Shown piece by piece: positions 12,720-26,331 of a stretch of DNA of 64,000 nucleotides (positions are counted from its first letter, which is position 1; every line of letters starts with the position of its first letter). The notes under the pieces were generated by a model. That model saw only the letters and a list, made by a program, of their open reading frames with translations, was not told the DNA's origin and did not search any database. The DNA is from Chrysomallon squamiferum. Taxonomy: Eukaryota > Animalia > Mollusca. The stretch covers positions 24,800,001-24,864,000 of the forward strand of contig CM022671.1 in assembly GCA_012295275.1 (NCBI GenBank). The letters run 5' to 3'. A program made the translations under genes and the position numbers.

Positions 12720-14260
12720 TGTTCTTGTTAAGTTTCCTAGATTTATTCAGGTAAGTGAATTTGAATTTAAAATGCACTTATACAGCGTATAAGATAACGA
12801 TTTAGAATAATAATTAAGCAAAACCTAAACAGTTGATCTTTTCTTAACATATAATATTATATATGAAAAATAAATGAATATTTTCTGTCAGTAACAAGTA
12901 CAGTTATAAAACAGTTGATGAAATAACATGCTTACCTTTTCTTATTAACATCGGGCATAATTTCAACAGTGGCAGAATGAACGTCCAAACACTCGTTGTT
13001 GGAAGTCCAATGAATAATACAAGTAACATTATGTTTTACATTAACTAACCCTGCCCCGATCACTCTCACGATAGTTTCATTGTTGTCGTTGGTGTCGTAG
13101 TAAGCTGAATACAAAAAAATATCAGTTGCGTTGCCCGTTGGAACCCAGAACTGAGAAGTTACATTCAGCGTTTGTTCTGCTATCTTTGACATCCATTTCG
13201 AACTTCGGCTATCACATTCAAGAGATGGAGCTTTTACTACTGTCTCAGAAAACGTTAAATATTCTGTAAAATTATTTTTAAAATTAACGTGTGAGTTTAA
13301 AGATCCGTAAATAATTCTCCTTTCTCCATCATTGAATGCAACCAGCATTAAGTATACCATCACAGATACTGGTCCAGTTACCAGAAGCGCCTTAATAAAA
13401 CGCTTTAGCGAATGAAGACCCATCTTAAGTTTAATATTCTTCTGAACAATGTTTATCCGAGACCTTCACCCTGAAATAAACCGAAATATGTCCTTTTTTT
13501 TCTTCTTCTTCTCCAGTTTATTATATATAAATCTATGGAGCAGAAAACCTCAGTAGTAAACTGCGGTACGCGTTATCATTGTATATCAGTCCAACGAACA
13601 AAACAGCTAAAACCTAATTTCAATAAGGCGAGGCTCAGTTTTATTTACTTTTTGCAGTCGCCACTTCTGATAAGTTCAGTGCACAAATAAAATCTGATCC
13701 GCGCAGAGGAGAGGCTGCTCTTTCAAAATATGAAAACCAGCGAGCTCAAGTAATCAGTATTTTTTGTTAACTATTTTGAATAAAACGTCGTTTTAGCATT
13801 ATATAATTTCGATCTGTTTTTATTCATTATGTTGTTGTTATTGTTATTATTACTATAATGGCTAAATAATAACTATATATTTTATGTAAGTTTAACAACA
13901 TTTCTCTTAATGTTGCAAATTTGTTCGAACAAATGAAACAAATTTTGTTATGTTAATAGTTATAATTGTTGATAGTCAGATTATGGTAAATATGAGATTT
14001 TTTTGAGGCTCCTTTAGACTATAACGCCCAAAGCTATAGCTTTATAATTTATGTTTAAAACCGCCATTGAAGAGGATTAATTATATCAACAAAGAATAAG
14101 AAGATTTTAACCTGTTTTCATAATCGCAACAACAACGAATTTTAAGGTTTATTACGCTCATTTTTCAATTTTATAAGGAAAACCGTTCGTTACGTAAATA
14201 TTATTTATAATTAAAAGCTGCTCGTTATAGCACAACCAACTGTATCTCATTTAAAACCGA
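8761..14260. repeat. Head-to-tail tandem segmental duplication (copy 1 ~8761-12039, copy 2 ~12043-14260)
   Basis: Both copies start CTGAATAAAACACCAGTA (8761, 12043) and end with the block ATTACGCTCATT...CTCATTTAAAA (11929-12039, 14151-14260). Copy 1 has ~1.2 kb extra (~10722-11928) and copy 2 has ~0.2 kb extra (~12338-12546). Confidence 0.9.
12936..13423 (-). CDS. Duplicated first coding exon of GT92-B (candidate alternative first exon, or orphan exon)
   Basis: Near-identical to 9503-9990, with intact ATG, open frame and phase-2 donor (ag|gtaagc at 12935). It has no second exon of its own. Confidence 0.7.
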
Positions 14261-14656
14261 CACACACTTATTATATTTAATTCTTTATCATATTATCTTC
14301 TTAAAATCAATTTTAAGGATATCATATTGATTGCATCAGATTAAAATACCACATTAACAAAAGTTATAGCCAGTTCTGGTTTTAGTTTTCTTAACGATCA
14401 TAGACAAGATCAACTGATGGTGGTTTTTCAGACTATTTTACAATGCATTTATTTGTACATTGGTGTGGATCAGTTGTTTGTGCAAAATGTTACCCAAATC
14501 TGTTCAAACAAACAGCTGTTCTAGCAGCAGCCAAAAATCAGTTGAATACGCTATGAACAGTAAAATATCGCCTTGTGTTAGGTCACATGATCAAATACTA
14601 GTATTTTTCATTATTGGATATTTATTTTTATTCTACTTCAGTAGATTAAATGTTTA

Positions 14657-14657
<1 letters not shown>

Positions 14658-14702
<45 letters not shown>
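14658..14702. repeat. (CA)n microsatellite
   Basis: Direct inspection. Confidence 0.95.
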
Positions 14703-14708
<6 letters not shown>

Positions 14709-14975
14709 CACATACACACACATACATAATACATTACCTATAATATAGCTGAAACAGAATTTTAATTTCATGCAAATAAATAAATTTAAAACGTAGCATG
14801 CTCTAATGATATGAAGCACTATAAATGGAAAGCTAGAGGACCGATGTATATAATGATTATAAGAGCAAGAGAAAGTTATTGAAACGGGTTTGAACAGAGA
14901 TCTTGAAACTGAATATATATAGCGACATTAGATTATTTATTACCTAGAGAATATATATATTTATTACCTATGTAG

Positions 14976-15014
<39 letters not shown>

Positions 15015-15169
15015 GTTGATATCATTTTTTCCTTTCCTCGTCTGATTACTTCTTCATGTTGGTCTTCTTATTGCTTTTGATTCACAATCAATTTATTATT
15101 ATTTCGTGAAAAATGGTTTTGCTGAAGGTCGCTGTCGAAATGGAGGAAATAACAATTGACAAAGGTAGC

Positions 15170-16463
15170 ATGGCTTCCACAGGGGCTCATTTGAGCTCTG
15201 GCAAAATAAATTTGAGTTTATTAAGAGATTGTTACAGAAGGGAATTTCTTGAATGTCTTGATAAATGTCTAGGAACAAAGGTGAATTACTTTTGTTAAAA
15301 CAGAAATTAATTTTTAATAAAACAATATAATGGTCATGTTTTAATGTTCGGTTTAAATGAGGAAGTGTTAAAATCGTCTGCTCTTTCCAAATTAATTTTG
15401 TAACTGTTACGCCCATGCAGCCGCAGGATCTGTTATAAGGATAAGTGCATAAAGAAAATCTGATATATTTCATGTAGATTTTATTTTATTTTTAATGATT
15501 TAATTTTAAGTAAATTAGAATATGCAAAATATTAACCATTGTATCTTAAGTGATAAGTTATTAATTACTAAGTAATTTACTAATGTAGCGACATCTTATC
15601 TCATATCATAATTATAATAAAACCTTCTTTTTTTTTCTTTCTTTTTTTGAGCTTATTGAAGTTTGTACCAGAATAGAAAACAGTGGTGTAACATAAAAAA
15701 ATAAAAATAATAATAATACAAAAAAAAAAAAAGAATAATAAAAAAAAATAATTGTCACATGTAATAATATATTTATTATTATTTATCATATTAACTGAAG
15801 TTTAAAAAATTAATAATGTCAGTCGTTTATAATAATAATAATAATAATAATAATATTGAATATATATTTTGAAGGCATTGGTATGGGATGATGCACTGAC
15901 TGGACCATTTGGTTTGATTGCTGAATACTCTCTTTTAAAGGTATAATTGTCTTCTCATTTTAGATATGTTATTTCTTTTTCTTTTCTTTATTCTTTCTGA
16001 TATTTTTGTCAAAACAGACTTATAATGTAATCAACAAAAGAAATAAAAGTTAAATTTGATTTTTGATATAAAATAATTTAATAATTAATTAAAAGTAGAA
16101 AAACACAGTAAAAGACACAATAATGTAATATGCAAATTAAAAGGTTATATGAATCAAGATAATATAAACTACTTGACTATGTCCTAGTTGTATCAGATAA
16201 GGTTTAAACATTTTTTTTTTTTAAATAAAATTCATTATCAGATATCTTTGTTTTATATTTTATTAGATAATGATGAAATTTTATATATTTTTTTATTGTT
16301 TGTTATGCAGCAGATTAAAAAGACAAACAAAAAATCATTTTCCTAAATAATAAGAACAATAAAACAAAAGAAATCCAACAAACTGTTGAGTATTTTAATT
16401 TATTATACATTTTGGTAACTTTGTTTTAGTGCTACAAAAATAATAATAATAATAAAAAAATAT

Positions 16464-16497
<34 letters not shown>

Positions 16498-16532
16498 AAT
16501 GTTAATAATTGTTTCAAATTTTTTATTTTTTA

Positions 16533-16565
<33 letters not shown>

Positions 16566-17272
16566 CCTCTTTATTAATAGGAACATGAAGTTGAAAAAAT
16601 GTTTCCATTACGTTCAACTGGTTTGCCTCTGAGTAATGTCCAAAACATTGTATTCATTGCAAGACCAAAACTGCATCTTATGGAGATTATAGCACAAAAT
16701 ATTCTTCAGTAAGTTATTACTATAGATCATATTTATTATATAATGTTCAAGATAAGGCACTATATGTCTGACCTTTTTAGTTTTTAAAATTTGATTTTAT
16801 AAAATATTTTTAGTAATTAATATTTCAGTATTGTTAACTGTTATAGGAACTCTTAAATAAGCAAATCTAAGTTAGGCACCATCTAAAGACATGTTATAAT
16901 CTACATTGTATGTTTTATATATTAATGTATTATTCTTTTGACGCTGTTCTGTGTTAAAAACACTTAAATAAACTAATTTAAAATATGTAGCATCTATCAT
17001 CCTCTAAAAACCTACATTATAATGTAAATGGATCTAAATAGACAGAGCTCCATGACCAGTTCAGAAAATATGTCCATGACAGGCTTTCTTGAACAGTTTT
17101 TTGATGGAATCAGGCCCAGTTCAGAGGCTGAAAGTATGCAGTCAAACAGTGATTACTTGAAATTCATGCAGGTTTTTCAAAACTAGTGCATTTGGATAAT
17201 TTCATTTCTGTGCCACTTTATGCTCTCCCAGTTCTGAAAATTGAGCAAACAACTAAATGGTGATTTAAAACC

Positions 17273-17328
<56 letters not shown>

Positions 17329-18476
17329 CTCAGATATATATATATAAAATGTTGAGGTCGTCCAGTTATCTACCACTGATAACATTGATGGTATAACTAA
17401 TGCTCTTCTGACACAGTTTCTATAGCATGGGTCCAGTGCAGAATGTTATAATGTTTTCTAGTTTGGGCATTAAGTTTATTGCTCTAATTATTACCAGCAA
17501 AAAATATATAATTTATTGTTTGTATTAAACATTGCAAATTTGTATTTGAAATCTGACTTTCATAAATATATTAATTTTTCATTGTAGTTTGATAGAAATT
17601 CAAGATAAATATAAATTATTTTTTCAGAAGATTCCAGTCATTTTGTTTTTAGTTATGTTCAAAGGCTAATTATTCAGATTCACAGTAGGCATAATGAAAA
17701 TGGCTGGTGTCAAACTGTAATATCCCAAATGTATTCTCCTTGCTAGTATTATAAATATTTTCTCAAAAAACAAACAACAAAAAATAAACCCACAATCTTG
17801 TTATCAAACTGTAGAATTAGAACATCCACTGGTTTTATTTAAAGAAGGATGAACTGTTAGTAATGAAATGAGTTCATATCATGGATGGCCATCTTTAGAC
17901 AACTTGTTTCCTTGCAACCTACGAATTATTTTCAGCAAAATTGGTATCATTGGTATTTGTTATTTCATGAACTTCCAAACCAATGCCAAAAATATTTAGC
18001 TCTTCAAATTTTCCATGTATAATGAACATTCCTGCCAAGTTACAGCAATTGGTGTTAAAGGTTTGAAACATTTTGAATGATTTGACATGGAATAAGCCTT
18101 CAAACAAATCAGGTCAATGTTTTAGAAATGTTTAAAATTAATTTCAGTCTTTCTTTTCTTTCTTGCTTTCACCTTCATTTTTTATTTTATTTTTAAAGTG
18201 TCAAAAAACTATATGTGGATTAAATGTATCAGAAAAATTAAATTAATTACTGGTAGTGTAAAGAGTAGCACTTTGCAATATTTCTTATATACATAATAGA
18301 GAAAATATGATACAAGACGTAGAACTTGTATTTAGAATGATTTCATTGTTTTTGCAGAGAAGAGCAAAAAGGAGGATTTAGAAAAGAATTTACATTAATC
18401 TTTGTTCCAAGAAAAAGTCTTTTGTGTGAGAAAAAGCTGAAGGTATTCACTTTAGGAAGATTTAATAATTTATGTA

Positions 18477-18517
<41 letters not shown>

Positions 18518-20204
18518 TTTTAATAAAATAATAACACTAAGAATAATAAAATAAAAGTAAATAAATAACAGAAACTAATAAGTAACATAAACAGTCACAA
18601 CAACATCTCTCCACCAGTCCACACAAAACAAATTTAGCTAAAGAAAAATAGTGATAAAAAATAATAAGCAAAGCTAAGAAAAAACCCCACAAAATGTATA
18701 TTTAACAAAAACAAACAAAAAAAATCGTTTTACTTGTTTGTTACAAACATCTCTGCAGAATAATTATTTTTAATATAGAAGACATAAGCAGACAAAGTTG
18801 TTCAAACACAGAAAAAGTAAGCCAAAAATAACACAAGAATGTCTATATAATTATATACTGTGTACTTTTAACTTTTGGAAATGTGATACATTTAGAATCT
18901 TGTGAACACGAACATGCTAGTAGGATGTTTTTTACATACCTTAGTACTTACGGATTTTCCAGATGACTAGTTCAACTGAATGACCATTTCATAATATCAT
19001 AATAGGTGTTACTCACTGAGCTTGCATGTCTTATCGTCATCTTTCAACTTTGACATGATTTTTGTTAGGGTAGGGAATGTTTCACTATTGTATTAAAAAT
19101 ATTCAAAAGAGAAATTGCTACAGCCTGTTTTGGGGGATTTCTTTCAAAAAATTGTTTACACTTTGCAAATATGAGTGAAACAACTTATTTAACATTGACC
19201 CTAAATTATTGTTTTAGAACGTGAATAACTGCATATATTAATTAAAAGGGAGCATTTAATCTACACATGTTATTGAGAAACTGATTTGTTTTTTTACAGT
19301 GTTCCTGTAACTAAAAAATATATATATATATATAATTGTGTATATTTAATATAAAACAAATACATAAAATAATAAGCTAATACATTTGTAAATAAAATTT
19401 TGAAATATATATAATTAGAATTGTAATTTCTGTACATAAATGAATAATTTGAAGAAGAAAAAATCTAAGTGTTATATGGGTATTAACAATAGGTGTTGAT
19501 TTTATAATATTCACATACAGTAATTATACTTGATGCCATAAGTTTCTAAAACATTGCATTTACATAATTAACCTCAGTTTTAAATAATGTCGTTAATGAA
19601 CGCAGCAGAATGTTACTAAATACTTCCATGCTACATGTGGTGTCAGTCCTGTTTTACAAAATAAAAAAATAAATAAAAACCATCATATGTTACAATCTGT
19701 GTTTTCAAGATTCTGGCTATATAGTATATTGCATTTTTTCTCTTAGTTTTCATCAAGTATTTCGTTTCTGATTGCCATATATGTTTTGGATTTTTATTTT
19801 TCAGCAAATGGCTGTATATGGGTCACTAACAAATATAGAGGAATTTAATCTAGCACTAATTCCCTTTGATTCTGATTTACTGTCCATGGAAATGGAAACA
19901 TCATTTCGGGTTTGTTTCTTTGTTTTTTAGGATGGAATTTTGTTTACATATATACGTCTGTTTTGATAAACGTGTAACTCTTAACTATTTGTAGGATTGA
20001 ATTTGTTTTTCTTCTCTCTCTCTCTCTCTCCCTCCCTCCCTCTCTGGTGAACAGGTTTCTGACATGAATTGTCGATAAGGTTTAAAGTTTATGAGTTTTC
20101 AATTTCGAGTTGAGGTAATTTTATAGCATAATCAACAGGTACAAGGTTAAACAGGATGTATCAATTTCTGTTCTTCAGCCTATGTGTTTTACCTCATGAA
20201 ATAG

Positions 20205-20259
<55 letters not shown>

Positions 20260-23200
20260 TCTCATACTCTCTCTCTTACTGTGTGTGTATTTACATAAAC
20301 TGTTGCTGTGTTATTGCACACCGTTTTGTCTCACAATCATAATCATGTTTGAAAACTGTAATTAATAAAATGTGTTTATTATGTCATTTCATACATACTT
20401 TCTCCAACTCTCTCAGTTAATGGATAATTTCATTCTTTTTCCTTCTTTTTTTTAAATACAGGAATGTTACCTGGAAAATGACTTTACTTCTATGTTTTAT
20501 GCAGCGCAGTCTTTGATGACACTGCAGAGTTTGTATGGTATAATCCCATACATTTATGGAAAAGGAGACTGTGCTAAGGTGAATTGATTTATTTATTCAT
20601 CAATTACAAGTACAGATAATTTTTCTTATGTGAAAAATATTTTTTCATATGTTGAATATGTAGACTTTAATAATAATACTAACTGTAACAATAATTATAA
20701 CAACAACAACGGTGTTTTACTACTTAGTTGTCAACTAAAGAAAATTACTTTGTGAAAATTAATAATAATAAATAATGTTATGTTTTTGGATTCCAGTACA
20801 ATGGGGATTTTAAATTAAAATATAATAATTAAGATATTTTATAATACTGACATAATTTTAAAATGTTAGCTGTTTATGTTCATCTAATCGAAAATGGCAG
20901 TCAATTTTAAATTAAAATATAACTTTTGGAAAAAATTTAAAAATACAAAATCCAAAAAATAATAAATTATGAGTAATTTATATAATTGATTATTTAATCA
21001 AACATGTTAAAAAAAAGGAAGCTTTATATTAATACATATATCCATACAGTCACATAAATACATACACAGACAGAGTGCTAGTGTAAGAAAATGTGAATTG
21101 TGTATTTTTAGCATGTTGTGGACTTGATGCACAGGATGAAGAGTGAACTCAGTGGCAGTGAAGCACAGATCACTCCTCAGATTGACAATCTCTTGATTCT
21201 TGACCGCACTGTGGATCTCCTCACTCCACTCTTGTCTCAGCTTACATATGAAGGCCTCATAGATGAAATATTCGGCCTGAATAACAGTAAGATTTATATT
21301 TATATAAAGTATGTTGAGATGTATATATATATATTTTTTTTTTAGCAAATCGTCACTTCTTTCTTTACTGATAATTGTACTAGCAATACCAGATTTAGAT
21401 TCAGCCATTTAATTCTTTGTTATCATTGTTTGTTATAAATGTTTGGCATATTTCAAAGTCAGTTCTTTGCGGGTTTAACAAAAATAATAATAGTCTGAGA
21501 AACTTCACATTGTTAATATCATTCAATTTTATTTATATTTTCACCAGAGTTTATTAATGGATTAGAAACAGATAAAATTCATCCCTATATTGAAGAAGCT
21601 ATAGCAAAACAAGTTTAATGTTGATCAACAATAATAAATGAACAGTTTATATATTTCTTTTATTTTTTTTATTATAAATCTTTCTACTCGTCATTTATGT
21701 TGCCAGTATTTGTTTTTGCTATCCACATTTTCGTGTAACAGAATATAGATATAGTTGCAGTTAGTTGCAATTTTACATGTTGAAATAATCTTAATGTTAA
21801 ATTGCAGCTAGTGTTAAGCTTCCAGCAGAAAAATTCACACCAACAAACCAGCAGCAGGGTGCATCCGATGTCTCAACAGAGCCAAAGAAATTCATTCTTA
21901 ATTCTTCAGATGAGCTCTATGCTGACCTGAGGGATAAAAACTTCAATGCCGTTGGTGCTATAGTTAGTCGGAAGGCGAAAGTTATCACAGCAGAATTTGA
22001 TGTATGTGTTAAGTGCTATGTATAGAAAGAAGTTTGGGTTAAGTGATACATTTATATATATACATATATATATATTCACAGTTTTTGTATATATTTTTTA
22101 TTAGCTATATTTTAAAGTATTTATTTGTACTTTTTCTACTGGCCGTTGCTACTGAATTTTCACTTTAACATTATTATATCGTTTCTGTAACTTTATATCT
22201 GTGTTTTCATCAGTGAAGAGGTGGAATGTAGGATACAGCAGGTATAATTTTAGGCTTTGTTGGAAATTTTGTTACAGTCATTAAATTAAAGCAGACTTGC
22301 AGAGATGAAAGAATAATGTTATTAAACAGGGTGACTCAGCATGTATACTTTTTTAAAGTACATTCTTATTTTTCATCTGACAAATAAATCAAAACACTTT
22401 ACTTTGTTGTTTTTAACTTCAGATCAAAAGGAAATGAAATATAATTAACAATCTTATTTATGTAACAGTTCAGATGCAAAAGAAGTTTAATGAAAGTGGC
22501 AATAACATTTTGAAACTGAAGAATATATTATTGAATTAGTTATTGCCTTAATGGTAATTTAATATTAAACAACCTTTTTGGTGCCACATTAAGAGTTACT
22601 TTTATCAACAAAGAAAATGTTGATTTCTTGGGTTTTTTTTTTTTTTTTTTTTTGAGGGGTTTAAATGCACTAAGTCATGAAAGAGTGTCAGTGACAACCT
22701 TTGACACAGGATAAAACTGGGACAAGCCTGTGCATGATACACTGAACACACAACTACAAAGACAGGTCTTCTTTCACTGAGCTGCAAGATGCACACAAGA
22801 AATCTATGAAACTACACTGCATTTAATTAATTAGGCAGAAAGACTGTTTTAAAAATGAAATTGCAAAATGTAATTAATAATTAAGAATAGGTGCAGTTGT
22901 TAACAAAGATTATTTACTTGCAGGAAAGACACAGTGCTAAAACAGTAGGTGAAATGAAACAGTTTGTTTCCAAGCTGCCTCATCTACAAGCAGCCAGACA
23001 GTCACTAGCCATACGTGAGTTGAAACAACATACTAACTACTAACCACCTAACTCTGGCATCCAGTTTGAGATCGTCATCAAATTATATATAATTTAATTA
23101 AATTTTGTATTTTTTGTATAAACTGTTTACAGAAATACACATTACAGATATAGTGTGCAGAAACTGTTTTCAGTATATAATACAGTAACCAAATTTATTT

Positions 23201-25700
23201 GTGCAGATACTTCCATTGCTGAACTAATAAAAGAGGCTACAGATGATGATGAATTTATGGATTCACTCCGATGTCAGCAAGGTATAGAGTTTACTTAGGC
23301 TGTTGTGCTCATATATGTCTTAGTCCCCGTCAACTGTATTCTAATTAGACTACTTTGTCTGTAACTGTTTTGACAGTTTATTTTACCTTGTAATTTTAGC
23401 ACTTGTAATTAAGAAGTACATTTTTAACCTTTAATGTATACTTGAATATATATTTGCTTGAGTTAGTGGCATTCAAACCATATTCAGTGCATGTAATATT
23501 AGCTATTTTATATGACATATTTGTGTTCTAACAAGCAGAAAAAGTATATGCAGTATATTACTTGGTTATATTTGTGGGTTTAACAAAAATAATAATAGTC
23601 TGAGAAACTTCACATTGTTAATATCATTCAATTTTATTTATATTTTCACCAGAGTTTATTAATGGATTAGAAACAGATAAAATTCATCCCTATATTGAAG
23701 AAGCTATAGCAAAACAAGTTGATATAACCAAGGTAAAACTCCTTTATTTATTCATGCTGTGATTGTTAATGTGATATTTGAATGTGAAATGTGTTTGCTT
23801 CTTTTCTGAAAGAGAGTTAAAGTAACCTAAGACACTCATTTTAAAAATATGCATCTCTTATAACACATAATTATTTTTTTAATGTTTTCCCACTGTGACT
23901 CATACAGAGAGTGAATTATCTCTAACCAGTGCTTTACTTAAAAAAGAAAAAAAGAAAAGAAAATGGAAAATAATAATAATAAAAGAAAATAACCATGGTA
24001 TTTATTTTTCAGGTTTTAAGATTAATTTGTATTCAGTCATATTGCAATGACGGACTTAAACCTAAAGTGCTGGACTTCTATAAGAGAGAGGTCATTCAGG
24101 TAGATATTAATGGTGAACTTTTTATTTAAAAACAAAACAAAAATTATACTGACATATATGTTGATGATTTTATTATTATTTATTTTACTGATTCTAATAG
24201 ATATTATTATAATAATGTAATTAATTTTTTTCTCTCTTTTTTTTAAAATGAATTTCTTAGATTAATTTTATTTTTTATAAAAGCATATAAGCTAATATGG
24301 GTTATCTCCTTCTGCTTATGGCAATTTACTTCCAAAATTTATTTCCAAGTCAGATCACCCCAGAAAAAAGATATTTTAAATCTACCCATCTCAGATTTTT
24401 ATGAAACAGTTCAGACCAGTGGTGTGACAGTCTTGCAATTCTAGTTGACATGTGGGAGATTACATTTCAATAAAAGTCATCTCAAGGTCACATGATCCAC
24501 AAGGTCAATTTCAATGCCATAACAAAGGTCAAAAGGTCAGTAATGGCAGATTTGGAATCCTTGTCATATTGCCTTATCAACAGTACCAATTTTATGAAGA
24601 GAAGGCCCAGTAGTTCCTGAGATATAATGGTTCAAAAACTGGTGGCCACAACCATTTTTGCAGAAAATCTCAAATTTGGGGGGCTACATCTCCCACACCA
24701 CTGGTTCAATTGGCTTAAAATTTGGGGTTTGGTGCTGTGTGATCCCAATCAACAAGAATACCAAATTTTATAAAAATGTGAGATGACACAGAATGACTCC
24801 AAAATGTTTTTTTTTATTTGTTTTTTTACATTTATCAGAATTATAATCATATTAATATCCAAATATGTAATGTAACCAAAATAGACAGATTTTTAAAGTG
24901 TTTCAACAAGAAAATAAATTTAATGGAATATTTTTAATAATACCTTTGTATTTACTGGCATTGTAGACATATGGATATGAACACTTGTTAACTTTGATGA
25001 ATCTAGAGAAAACAGGTCTGTTGAGTCCCCATGGCAACCGATCATACCCTGTGATCAGGAAATCTTTGAGACTAATAGTGGAAGAAGTTAACGAACAGGT
25101 AGCAATTATATAATAGTAATAGTAATACTACTTCTACTACAACTACTACTAATGATGATGATGTTGGTGATAATACTCACAACAAGGATAACAATAATAA
25201 TATAAATTAATATTATTTTCAGAATCCTAATAAAATTTATATAATGGCTATTCTCACAGCTATTGATGATGATGATGATGATGATGACCCTTGCACAACA
25301 AATATGGTACTGGTGATGATAATAAAAATAACTGTAATAATATAAAGTAATATTATTGTCAAAATCCTAATGATGTGTGTATAATGGCTGTTCTCACAGG
25401 TATTGATGATGATCATGATAAAATGATCGTAATGATGATGGCAACAGTAATAATTTAAGGCTTTGTTATTTTCAGAATCCTAATGACATATCATATGTGT
25501 ACAGTGGCTATGCCCCACTCAGTGTTCGACTAGCCCAGTACTTAGCCAGGCCAGGCTGGAGAAGCATTACAGAAGTTCTTAACTTGCTGCCTGGGCCAAA
25601 AGTTGAAGAAATTCAACAAATACCTGTGGGCCTCAGGAAGAGAAGTAAATATTAATTTCTCATCACAAAATAGTTTACTAAACAAAACTGTTTATGTTTA

Positions 25701-25739
<39 letters not shown>

Positions 25740-26274
25740 AACTGTATGGCTAGTGCTTTTTCTTGTCGTCGTGTTGTGTCAGAAATATATGAAGTTCATG
25801 GATACAGTAAATATATTATTAATATCACATAGGTTTGCTGAAATATGCAAATATACATGTTTCAGTTGTAGAGAATAATGTATACATAATATCTAACTCT
25901 ACAAAATCATCATTTTTATTAGTATTAAACCATGCAAGCATTATATGTAGTCAAATTTAATTATTTATGTTTTGGCAAAATTTGTTTCCAACAGCAATGC
26001 CAGTTATTAAAACCATTTTATTTTGCTTATTTATTTATTTTTATTTTTTGACAGGGCCGTCTATTTCATCATCACATTCCAGTTCTGGTGAACAAAAAGT
26101 TACTCTAGTTTTCTTTCTTGGTGGTGTGACATATGCTGAAATTGCTGCGTTAAGATTTCTTGCACAACAGGATGATGGTACAGTATTTATTTTTTTAGTC
26201 TTTGAACAAATTAATTAATTAAAAAGATATGTATAAAATAATAATAATAAAATAAAAACAAATATAAAATATAA

Positions 26275-26331
<57 letters not shown>

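Noticed and set aside
17042-17186. Possible extra in-frame VPS33A exon (TAG|ACAGAGCTCCATG..., open for ~48 codons)
   Set aside because: Weak acceptor, no phase-compatible donor, no similarity to VPS33; the gene is complete without it.
17820-18140. MITE-like stretch in VPS33A intron 3
   Set aside because: Could not define TIRs or a TSD.
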